From positions 447,566-511,565 of the forward strand of contig CAVXLG010000017.1 of assembly GCA_963762615.1 (NCBI GenBank): a stretch of 64,000 nt of DNA. The letters run 5' to 3'. This DNA comes from an uncultured Actinomycetes bacterium. GTDB lineage: Bacteria; Actinomycetota; Actinomycetes; Streptosporangiales; Streptosporangiaceae. A model generated the notes under the pieces. It was not told the DNA's origin and did no database searches. It was given only the letters and a program-made list of their open reading frames with translations. The stretch's first letter is position 1. The number at the start of each line of letters is the position of its first letter. The position numbers were made by a program, and so were the translations under genes. This document shows positions 16,953-25,150 of the stretch, one piece after another.

Positions 16953-19463
16953 GTGGCCATCCGCAAGGCGGCCGACTTGCTCGGCGGGCGCCCCACTGCT
17001 ACGGACAGCCTGGGGTACACGGTCAAGCGCCGCCTGCTCGGCAGGCCGCTGGTCAACGAGCAACTCTCCGAGCAGCGGCTGTCCAACCCGCTGGCGCTCG
17101 GCGTCCTGTCCCCGGACGGCATCTCCTCCTCGGCCTACGGCACCGAGGAAATCCTCATCGCCCTGCTCCCGCTGGCCGGGCTGGCGGCCTTCACCCTGAT
17201 CCTGCCGATGACCCTGGTCATCTTGTTCGTCATGACGCTCGTGGTGCTCTCCTACCGCGAGGTCGTGATGGTCTACATCAGGCCGGGCGGCTCCTACGTG
17301 GTGGCGCGGGAGAACTTCGGCCCGCGGATCGCCCAGGTCGCAGCGGTGGCGCTGCTGATCGACTACGTGGTCACCGTCGCCGTGCAGACGGTGGCGGGCA
17401 CCGCGGCCGTCGTGTCCGCGTTCCCGGTCCTGAGCTCCTACAGCCTGGAGATCACGATCGCGGTGATCCTGCTGTTGTGCTTCGGCAACCTGCGCGGGAT
17501 CCGCGAGGCAGGCAAGGCGTTCGCGGTGCCGACCTTCTTGTTCGTCGGCATGGTGCTGTTGTTGATCGTGGTCGGCCTGGTCAGGGAGATATTCGGTGAC
17601 CTGCCTCGCATCGACCCGCACGCCCTGCACGGCACCTTCCCCATCGGCAGCGGCACCAACGGAATCATCAGCGCGGCCTTGATCTTCACGCTGCTCCGCG
17701 CGTTTGCGAACGGCGGGGCGTCGCTGACCGGCATCGAGGCGGTCAGCGATGCTGTGGGCGCGTTCCGGCCGCCGGAGGGGATCAACGCCCGCCGGGTGCT
17801 CGTCGCCGAGGGCATCATCCTGGGCACCCTGGTTGCCGGGATCTCCTGGCTGGCCCACGTGACCCGCGCCACCCCGTTTACCTCTGGCACCCCGACCGTC
17901 CTGGCGCAGGAGGCGACTCTCGCCTTCGGCGGCGGGTTCGGCCGGGTCCTGTTCTATATGCTCCAGGCGGCGACGGCGCTGATCCTGTTCACCGGGGCGA
18001 ACACCAGCTTCAACGGGTTCCCGTTCCTGGCCAGTTACGTCGCTGGCGACGCGTTCCTGCCCCGGTGGCTGCTCAAGCGCGGCCACCGGCTGGTGTTCTC
18101 CAACGCGATCGTCGTGCTGACCGTGGTCTCGATCGCCCTGATCATCATCCGCGGGGCGAAGGTCAACGACCTGGTGCCGCTGTACGCGATCGGCGTGTTC
18201 ACCGCGTTCTCGATGGCGGGCTTCGGCATGGCCCGGTATCACCTGCGCCGCCGGGAATCGGGCTGGCGGCACCGGTTCGCCATCAATTTCGCGGCCGGCG
18301 TGATGACCGCGATCGTGGTGGCGATCTTCGCGGTGGTCAAGTTCACCGAGGGCGCCTGGATCGTGGTCGTGCTGTTCCTCGTCGGGGTGCCCGCGTTGAT
18401 CCGGCTCAACCGGGAGTACGCGAGGGAGGCCGAGGTGCTGAACACCATCGCGGGACGGCAGCCGCCGCCGCCCCCGGCCTACGCCCGCCGGACCGTGTTC
18501 ATCTTCGTGGACAGCTTTGACCTGGCCGCGCTGGCCGCGCTGCGCTACGCGCGGAGCCTGCGGCCGACCTCGCTGCGCGCGGTGCACTTCGCGATCGACA
18601 GCGCCCGGGCCGAGATGCTGCGCGAGCAGTGGATCCGCGCGGACCGCGGCGTGGTGCTCGACTTCGTCGACGTGCCGGACCGGCGGCTGGTCAAGGCCGC
18701 GGCCGACCTGGTCAGCGACGAGGTCGCGATTCCCGGCACGCACGTGACCGTGATCTTGCCCCGGCGCAGCTTCTCACCGCTGCTCGGCCGCCTGCTGCAT
18801 GACCGCACCGCGGACAAGATCGCCGGGGCGGTGAGCCGCATCCCCCGCTCAGCGGCAACGATCATCCCGTTCGACGTATCGAGCCGGGTGGAGGTGTTGC
18901 AGGAGCGGCAGGCCGCGGCGGCCGCGAAGACACCGATCGTGCCGTCCCCGGCCGCCAGCCCGCACCCGGACGGCCAGAACGGGAAGCAGGACACCGCGAA
19001 GCAGGATGCCGCAGGGCAGGACACGGTCCAGTCACGGCCGGCTGAGCCGCGCGGGACGCGGAAAGACCGCAAAGACCGCAAGGACAAGGATCGCGTGCCC
19101 ACCGATATGGCTGACTACGGACGGCCCGCGCCGCCGTCCGGGGTCAATCCGATCGGCACTCTCGACAAACCGGGCCGGGTCACGGTCGAGGGCCGGGTGC
19201 GCAGCGTGGAAATCCGCCCGGTGGAGCAGAACTCCGTGCTCGCGTACGAGATCGCGGACTCCACCGGCGAGCTGACCGCGCTGTTCTACGGCCGCTCTCG
19301 CATTCCCGGTGTCGTGTGCGGCTCGCGGGTGAGATTCCGCGGGTCGGTCGGCATCCGCGCGGGCCGGCCGTTCATGGTCAACCCCACCTACGAGCTGGTG
19401 GCGTCGGGTCCCGCCGAGCCTGCGGACCGCAGGCAATCTGAGGATGGCGGCACGAAGGCCTGA
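16953..19463 (+). CDS. KimA-like APC-superfamily K+ uptake permease with the family cytosolic domain, fused through a low-complexity linker to a C-terminal OB-fold domain
   Basis: GTG start after GGGAGGACGAGAGG. VKRRLLGRPLVNEQLSEQRLSNPLALGVLSPDGISSSAYGTEEIL, LLRAFANGGASLTGIEAVSDAV, FTGANTSFNGFPFLASYVAGDAFLPRW and PLYAIGVFTAFSMAGFGM resemble KimA/YdaO. The tail GRVTVEGRVRSVEIRP...STGELTALFYGRSRIPG...NPTYELV is OB-fold-like. Confidence 0.8.
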   Translation: MAIRKAADLLGGRPTATDSLGYTVKRRLLGRPLVNEQLSEQRLSNPLALGVLSPDGISSSAYGTEEILIALLPLAGLAAFTLILPMTLVILFVMTLVVLSYREVVMVYIRPGGSYVVARENFGPRIAQVAAVALLIDYVVTVAVQTVAGTAAVVSAFPVLSSYSLEITIAVILLLCFGNLRGIREAGKAFAVPTFLFVGMVLLLIVVGLVREIFGDLPRIDPHALHGTFPIGSGTNGIISAALIFTLLRAFANGGASLTGIEAVSDAVGAFRPPEGINARRVLVAEGIILGTLVAGISWLAHVTRATPFTSGTPTVLAQEATLAFGGGFGRVLFYMLQAATALILFTGANTSFNGFPFLASYVAGDAFLPRWLLKRGHRLVFSNAIVVLTVVSIALIIIRGAKVNDLVPLYAIGVFTAFSMAGFGMARYHLRRRESGWRHRFAINFAAGVMTAIVVAIFAVVKFTEGAWIVVVLFLVGVPALIRLNREYAREAEVLNTIAGRQPPPPPAYARRTVFIFVDSFDLAALAALRYARSLRPTSLRAVHFAIDSARAEMLREQWIRADRGVVLDFVDVPDRRLVKAAADLVSDEVAIPGTHVTVILPRRSFSPLLGRLLHDRTADKIAGAVSRIPRSAATIIPFDVSSRVEVLQERQAAAAAKTPIVPSPAASPHPDGQNGKQDTAKQDAAGQDTVQSRPAEPRGTRKDRKDRKDKDRVPTDMADYGRPAPPSGVNPIGTLDKPGRVTVEGRVRSVEIRPVEQNSVLAYEIADSTGELTALFYGRSRIPGVVCGSRVRFRGSVGIRAGRPFMVNPTYELVASGPAEPADRRQSEDGGTKA

Positions 19464-19496
19464 CCAGCGCCGGCAGGGTGTCCGCCCCGCCCGGCG

Positions 19497-22181
19497 TCAT
19501 GGCGACGACAGCAGCACATAGGTGGGGTTGATCATCGCCGGCATTCCGTCCCGGATGCCGAAGGCACCGGTCAGCCGGATCCTCGCACCCGGCTCGATCC
19601 CTGCTATGTGCTCCCGGCCGTAGAACAGCGCGGTCATCTCGCCGGTCGAGTCGGCCAGCGTGCAGGCGAACACCCAGCTCTGGCCAGCCGGCCGGATCTC
19701 CACGCTGCGCACCCGGCCCTCGACGGTGGCCCGGCCCGGCTTGGTGAGGGTGCCGATCATCGTGCAGTCGGCGGACGGCACGGGCCGCCCGTAATCGTCG
19801 GCGTCCTTCCGCGCCGCGGCATCACCGTGCGGCCGCCGCCTGCGCCCCGGCCGACGGCCGCCGGGGGGCGCCGGCTCAGCGCGCGGGCCGGCCGCAGCCG
19901 CGCCGTCCGGCGTCGTCCCGCCGCCCGCCGCGCCGTCCGGCGTCGTCCCGCCCGCCGCCGCCGCCGTCCGGCGTCGTCCCGCCCGCGGCCGCGCCGTCCG
20001 GCGTCGTCCTGCTCGCCGCTGGCCCGCCGGCCCCGGCGCCGTCCGGCGTCGCCCCGCCCGCCGCTGGCCCGGCGGGCCCGCGCCGTCCGGCGTCGTGCCG
20101 CCGGTTCCAGCGCGGCCGGCTGCCGAGCCGTCGGCTGCCGTCCCCGACGGCTGGCCCGCAGCGTCCCCGCCGGCGGCCCGCGCGGTCTGCCGCTCGTGCA
20201 GGACCTCCAGCCGGCTCTGCACGTCGTAGGGGATGATGGTGGCCGCCGAGCGCGGGATGCGGCTGATCACGCGGGCGATCTTGTCCGCCGTGCGGTCGTG
20301 CAGCAGCCGGCCCAGCAGCGGGGAGTAGCTGCGCCGGGGCAGGATCACGGTCACGTGCGTGCCCGGGTCCGCGGTCTCCCGGCAGACCAGGTCGGCCGCT
20401 GCCCGGGCGATCCGCCGGTCCGGGCAGTCCACGAGATCCAGGACCACGCCGCGGTCGGCCCGGCTCCAGTCCTGGCGGAGCTTCTCGGCCTGGGCGCTGT
20501 CGATCATGAAGTGCACCGCGCGCAGGGTGCTCGGCCGCAGGCTCCGCGCGTAGCGCAGCGCGGCCAGCGTGGCCAGGTCGAAGCTGTCCACGAAAACGAG
20601 TACGGTGCGCCGCGTGTAGTGCGGCGGAGGCGGCGGCTGGCGGCCGCTGATCGTCTCCAGCACCCCGCTCTCCATCCGGTACTCGCGGTTCAGCCGGATC
20701 AGCACGAAGACCAGGACCGGCCCGATGATCACGATCAGCCAGGCTCCCTCGGTGAACTTGGTGACCGCGAAGATCACTACCACCAGCGCGGTGAGGACTC
20801 CCGCGGAGAAGTTGATGGCGCGACGCCGCCGCCAGCCGGGTTCCCTCGTCCTGGTGTGGTACCTGGCCATGCCGAAGCCCGCCATCGAGAATCCGGTGAA
20901 CACCCCGATCGCGTAGAACGGCACCAGCTTGTTGACGTTAGCGCCGACCGCGATCATCAGGGCGAGCGCCAGCACGGTCAGCACGATGATGCCGTTGGAG
21001 TACACCAGCCGGTGGCCGCGTTTGGTCAGCCACCGGGGCAGGAACGCGTCGCCCGCGACGAAGCTGGCCAGGAATGGGAAGCCGTTGAAGCTGGTGTTGC
21101 CGCCGGTGAACAGGATGAGCGCGGTTGCCCCCTGGAGGAAATAGAACAGCACCCGGCCGAAACCCCCGCCGAAGACGAGGCTGGCCTCCTGCGAGATGAC
21201 GGTCGGGGTTCCCGAGGTGTAGGGAGTGGCATGGGTCACGTGCGCCAGCCATGAGATCCCGCCGACGAGGAAGGCCAGGATCAGGCCCTGGATCACCAGC
21301 ACCTGGCGCGCATTGATTCCTTCCGGCGGGCGGAACGCGCTCACCGCGTTGGATACCGCCTCGATGCCGGTCAGCGAGGAACCGCCGTTGGCGAACGCCC
21401 GGAGCAGTGTGAAGACCAGCGCGAACGAGATTATGGCCGAGGTGCCGTTGCTGGGCGCGTAGTAGCTGCCGCTGAGCGTGGCCGGGTCGATCACCGGCAG
21501 GCTGCCGAACGCCTCCCGGGCCAGCCCGATGAGGATCATCAGGATCACAGAGCCGGAGAACAGGTAGGTGGGCAGGGCGAACGCCCGTCCGGCTTCCCTG
21601 ATGCCGCGGAGGTTCCCGTAGCACATGATCAGGACTGCGGCCACCGAGATAAGCAGCAGCAGGGTCTGCGGCGAGATCCCCGGAACGTGGTTCAGCGCCG
21701 GGAACGCGGACACGATAGCCGCCGCGCCCGCCGCCGTCTGGACGGCCACGGTGACCGTGTAGTCGATCAGCAGGGCGACTGCGGCGATCTGGGCGACCTT
21801 GGGCCCGAAGTTCTCCCTGGCCACCACGTACGAGCCGCCGGTCTTGGTGTAGACGGTGACCACCTCGCGGTACGACAGCACGACCAGGGCCAGGACGAAC
21901 AGCACGACCCCGGTGAGCGGAAGCAGCAGGGTGAACGCCGCGATGCCGAGGCCGCCCTTGAGCAGCTCGATGAGGATTTCTTCCGAGCCGTAGGCGGAGG
22001 AGGAGATCCCGTCCGGCGACAGCACGCCGAGCGCGAGCGGCTTGGACAGTCGCTCCTCGCTGAGCTGCTCGTTGACCATCGGCTTGCCGAGCAGGCGGCG
22101 CTTCAGCAAGTACCCGAAGCCCTCGGGCAGGTCGGTGACGCGGCTGCCGCCGAGCAGGTTAGCCGCCTTGGTTACGGCCAC
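19497..22181 (-). CDS. second KimA-like K+ permease-OB-fold fusion (paralogue of 16953-19463, convergent) with a long repeat-rich linker
   Basis: Same blocks as the paralogue (LKRRLLGKPMVNEQLSEERLSKPLALGVLSPDGISSSAYGSEEIL ... GRATVEGRVRSVEIRP...STGEMTALFYGREHIAG...NPTYVLL). GTG start after GAGGAGG. Confidence 0.8.
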   Translation of the reverse strand: MAVTKAANLLGGSRVTDLPEGFGYLLKRRLLGKPMVNEQLSEERLSKPLALGVLSPDGISSSAYGSEEILIELLKGGLGIAAFTLLLPLTGVVLFVLALVVLSYREVVTVYTKTGGSYVVARENFGPKVAQIAAVALLIDYTVTVAVQTAAGAAAIVSAFPALNHVPGISPQTLLLLISVAAVLIMCYGNLRGIREAGRAFALPTYLFSGSVILMILIGLAREAFGSLPVIDPATLSGSYYAPSNGTSAIISFALVFTLLRAFANGGSSLTGIEAVSNAVSAFRPPEGINARQVLVIQGLILAFLVGGISWLAHVTHATPYTSGTPTVISQEASLVFGGGFGRVLFYFLQGATALILFTGGNTSFNGFPFLASFVAGDAFLPRWLTKRGHRLVYSNGIIVLTVLALALMIAVGANVNKLVPFYAIGVFTGFSMAGFGMARYHTRTREPGWRRRRAINFSAGVLTALVVVIFAVTKFTEGAWLIVIIGPVLVFVLIRLNREYRMESGVLETISGRQPPPPPHYTRRTVLVFVDSFDLATLAALRYARSLRPSTLRAVHFMIDSAQAEKLRQDWSRADRGVVLDLVDCPDRRIARAAADLVCRETADPGTHVTVILPRRSYSPLLGRLLHDRTADKIARVISRIPRSAATIIPYDVQSRLEVLHERQTARAAGGDAAGQPSGTAADGSAAGRAGTGGTTPDGAGPPGQRRAGRRRTAPGPAGQRRAGRRRTARPRAGRRRTAAAAGGTTPDGAAGGGTTPDGAAAAGPRAEPAPPGGRRPGRRRRPHGDAAARKDADDYGRPVPSADCTMIGTLTKPGRATVEGRVRSVEIRPAGQSWVFACTLADSTGEMTALFYGREHIAGIEPGARIRLTGAFGIRDGMPAMINPTYVLLSSP
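19901..20100 (-). repeat. coding tandem repeat in the linker of the second KimA-like gene, with non-triplet spacing
   Basis: The core CGCCGTCCGGCGTCG starts at 19901, 19931, 19962, 19992, 20037 and 20081 (spacings 30, 31, 30, 45, 44). Confidence 0.8.
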
Positions 22182-22412
22182 CAGTCGTCTGCCTCCTCAG
22201 GCCGCGAGGTCGTCCTCGTGTCCGCGGGCCTGGCGTCATCCCCGCAGGCCCCGCGCGGGCCGCGAGATAGGCCCGCGGCCCACCCTCCACCTGACGCTAA
22301 GATGCCCGAACTGCGGCGGCCGTCAGCACGGCGTAAAGAGTCACTACCTGGCCGTTAAGGATGCATCAAGATCATCCAATTTCGGCCGGATCGGGGGTCG
22401 ACTGACAGTGAG

Positions 22413-24305
22413 ATGGTATTCGGACAGGACCGGCGCGGGCTCGCGGCACCGTATGCGCTGCCGCTGGGCTTCGCGCTCCTGCTCGGCGTGGGCACGGTCG
22501 CGGCCGCCCTCGGCGGCAGGCTGCCGGCGACCGGCGTACTGATCGCCTGCGCCGTCGTGGCTGGCGTGGTGTCCTTCACGGCCGAGCCGGTCGCGGCGGT
22601 CCCGCTGGCGCTCATCGGCTGGCTGACCGCCATCGGGTTCTCCCGTCCGCCGTACGCGCAGCTGCGGCCGACCGGGCCGGCCGCCGGGCACGCCGCGATC
22701 GCCATCGCCGCGAGCGCCCTGGCGGCAGCCGGGCTGGGCGTGCTGTACCGCTGGGGCGCCGGACGGTTCACACTGGTAGGTATGGGTGCCCCCATTGATT
22801 CCGCCCGGAGCGGCGGCGCCGCGGCGGCCGGCCCGGGTGTGACCGAACGGCCGGAGGCCGGACCGCTCATTGCACCGCAGCTGGAGCCGCAGCGGGGCGG
22901 CAGCCTGGCCGGGGCCATCGACGCACGCCGGCGCCTGTACGGGGCGGCGCTGGCGCTGGCCGCGGTTCCGGTGCTGACGCTGATCCTCATAGCGGCCAGG
23001 CCGCACCTGGATCTCGCCGACGACCTGCTCATCTACCTCGTCGCCGTGGTGACGACCGCGGTGGTCGGCGGATTCTGGCCGGCCGTGCTGACCGCGGTAG
23101 CGTCCAGCCTGCTGCTCAACTGGTACTTCACCCCGCCGCTGCACAACTTCACCATCGAAGAGCCGAGGAACCTGCTGGCCCTGGTCCTGTTCGTGACCGT
23201 CGCCGTGGCGGTGAGCAGCGTCGTTCACCTGGCCGCGCGGCGGGCCGTGCAGGCGGCGCGCAGCCGCGAAGAGGCGGCATCGCTGCTGGCCCTGGCCCAG
23301 ACCGTGCTGGGCGGCGCCGACACGCCCGCGGCGGTTCTCGGCCACCTCACCAGCACCCTCGGCGGCCGGGCCGAGCTGCAGGAGCGGGTGTCCGGCCGGT
23401 GGGTCCCGGTCGCGTCCAGCGGCATCCCGGACGCGATGGACGGTGCCACCCGGATCAACATCCGGCCGGATCTGGCCCTGCTCGTCGCGGAGCACGCGGA
23501 AACGGCGCCTCCCGGGCTGCTGGTCGGGTTCGCCGCCCAGGCCGCGGCGGCCCTGGACCGGGAACGGCTGCGCACCCAGGCCGCCCAGGCCGAGGCGCTC
23601 GCCGAGGGCAACCGGATGCGCACCGCGCTGCTGGCCGCGGTCAGCCACGACCTGCGCACGCCGCTGGCCTCGATCAAGGCCAGCGCCAGCAGCCTGCGCC
23701 AGACCGACGTGCAGTGGACCGAGGCGGACCAGGCGGCCCTGCTCGCCACGATCGACCACAACGCGGACCGGCTGGACGCGCTCATCGGCAACCTGCTGGA
23801 CATGAGCCGGCTGCACACCGGCTCGCTGGAGCCCTTCCTGCGCCCGACCGCGATCGACGAGGTGGCACCGGTCGCGCTGCGCGGCCTGGACGCCTCGGCG
23901 CAGCTGCGGATGGCGGTGCCCGACGGCATCCCGCTGGTGCGGGCCGATCCCGGCCTGCTCGAGCGGGTACTGGCCAACCTGTTCTCCAACGCGCTCCGGC
24001 ACTCGCCGCCGTCCCGGCCGCCCATGCTGCGGGCCAGCCAGCTCGACGAGACGGTGCTGCTCGAGGTGATCGACCACGGTCCGGGGGTTCCCGACGAGAT
24101 GAAGGAACGCATCTTCGAGCCGTTCCAGCGGCTCGACGACCACCACGGCGGCGTCGGCCTGGGCCTCGCGGTGGCCAAGGGATTCGCCGAGGGCATGGGC
24201 GGGACCATCGCCGCGGCCGACACGCCGGGGGGCGGGCTGACCATCCGGGTGACGCTCCCCGTGACGAGCAGCGAGGCGAGGTCCGTGCTGGGGGCCGATC
24301 AGTGA
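22413..24305 (+). CDS. KdpD-type sensor histidine kinase (DUF4118 membrane block + HisKA/HATPase) lacking the N-terminal KdpD/Usp sensor domain
   Basis: LLIYLVAVVTTAVVGGFWPAVLTAVASSLLLNWYFTPPLHNFTIEEPRN. H-box LLAAVSHDLRTPLASIKA. N-box LANLFSNALRHSP. G-boxes IDHGPGVP and GVGLGLAVAKGF. Only 231 bp separate it from the upstream gene, so no KdpD N-domain can be encoded. Confidence 0.8.
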   Translation: MVFGQDRRGLAAPYALPLGFALLLGVGTVAAALGGRLPATGVLIACAVVAGVVSFTAEPVAAVPLALIGWLTAIGFSRPPYAQLRPTGPAAGHAAIAIAASALAAAGLGVLYRWGAGRFTLVGMGAPIDSARSGGAAAAGPGVTERPEAGPLIAPQLEPQRGGSLAGAIDARRRLYGAALALAAVPVLTLILIAARPHLDLADDLLIYLVAVVTTAVVGGFWPAVLTAVASSLLLNWYFTPPLHNFTIEEPRNLLALVLFVTVAVAVSSVVHLAARRAVQAARSREEAASLLALAQTVLGGADTPAAVLGHLTSTLGGRAELQERVSGRWVPVASSGIPDAMDGATRINIRPDLALLVAEHAETAPPGLLVGFAAQAAAALDRERLRTQAAQAEALAEGNRMRTALLAAVSHDLRTPLASIKASASSLRQTDVQWTEADQAALLATIDHNADRLDALIGNLLDMSRLHTGSLEPFLRPTAIDEVAPVALRGLDASAQLRMAVPDGIPLVRADPGLLERVLANLFSNALRHSPPSRPPMLRASQLDETVLLEVIDHGPGVPDEMKERIFEPFQRLDDHHGGVGLGLAVAKGFAEGMGGTIAAADTPGGGLTIRVTLPVTSSEARSVLGADQ

Positions 24306-24979
24306 CCCGTGTGCTCGTCGTCGATGACGAGCCGTCTATCGTCCGGGCGCTGCGGATTAACCTCACCGCGCGGAAGTACGAGGTCAGCACCGCGACCGAC
24401 GGCGCCTCCGGGCTGGCTGCCGTGGCGCGCGACCGGCCGGACGTGATGATCCTCGACCTGGGCCTGCCGGACATGGACGGCACCGAGGTGATCCGCGGCG
24501 TGCGCGGCTGGACCTCGACCCCGATCATCGTGCTGTCGGTCTGGGGGCAGGAGAACCAGAAGGTCGCCGCGCTGGACGCGGGCGCCGACGACTACGTCAC
24601 CAAGCCGTTCGGCATGGACGAGCTGCTGGCCCGGCTGCGCGCTGCGGTGCGCCGGGCCTCGCCGGCCCCCGACGAGCCGGTGGTGACGACCGACCACTTC
24701 ACCGTCGATCTCGCCGCCAAGCGGGTGATCCGGGACGGCGACGGTGACGTCAGCCTGACGCCCACCGAGTGGCAGCTGCTCGAGGTACTGGTGCGCAACC
24801 GGGGGCGGCTGGTGACCCAGCGGCAGCTGCTGCAGGAGGTATGGGGACCGGCCTACGAGACCGAGAGCAACTACCTGCGCGTATACGTGGCGCAACTGCG
24901 CCGCAAGCTGGAACCCGAGCCGTCCCGGCCGCGCTACCTGCTCACCGAGCCCGGCATGGGCTACCGGTTCGGCACCTGA
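24302..24979 (+). CDS. kdpE: OmpR-family response regulator KdpE
   Basis: GTGA overlap with the kinase stop. VTRVLVVDDEPSIVRALRINL...DVMILDLGLPDMDG...GADDYVTKPFGMDELLARLRA...NYLRVYVAQLRRKLEPEPSRPRYLLTEPGMGYRF. Confidence 0.85.
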   Translation: MTRVLVVDDEPSIVRALRINLTARKYEVSTATDGASGLAAVARDRPDVMILDLGLPDMDGTEVIRGVRGWTSTPIIVLSVWGQENQKVAALDAGADDYVTKPFGMDELLARLRAAVRRASPAPDEPVVTTDHFTVDLAAKRVIRDGDGDVSLTPTEWQLLEVLVRNRGRLVTQRQLLQEVWGPAYETESNYLRVYVAQLRRKLEPEPSRPRYLLTEPGMGYRFGT

Positions 24980-25094
24980 CCGGGCGCTTCGCAGGGCCGC
25001 GCGGGCTGGCCGCCGGCCGCGAGGCCGGGATCCCGGAGCCGGCGCCGGCGGCCCCCGGGCCGCATCTGCGGGCGCTCCCCGTACTCCCCGGGAC

Positions 25095-25109
25095 TAGAAC
25101 GTCGTTCTA
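25095..25109. promoter_or_regulatory. perfect 15-bp palindrome TAGAACGTCGTTCTA, candidate operator upstream of the diiron protein gene
   Basis: It lies 42 bp upstream of the GTG at 25151 and immediately upstream of a TAACAT -10-like hexamer. Confidence 0.4.
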
Positions 25110-25150
25110 CTTACGGGTAACATGAGAATCCGTCGCGCTGGGAGGTCACC

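Noticed and set aside
25095-25109. Actinobacterial LexA SOS box (TCGAAC-N4-GTTCGA)
   Set aside because: The GAAC/GTTC arms are spaced by 3 nt rather than 4, and the flanks are TA rather than TC/GA. It is probably a different regulator site.
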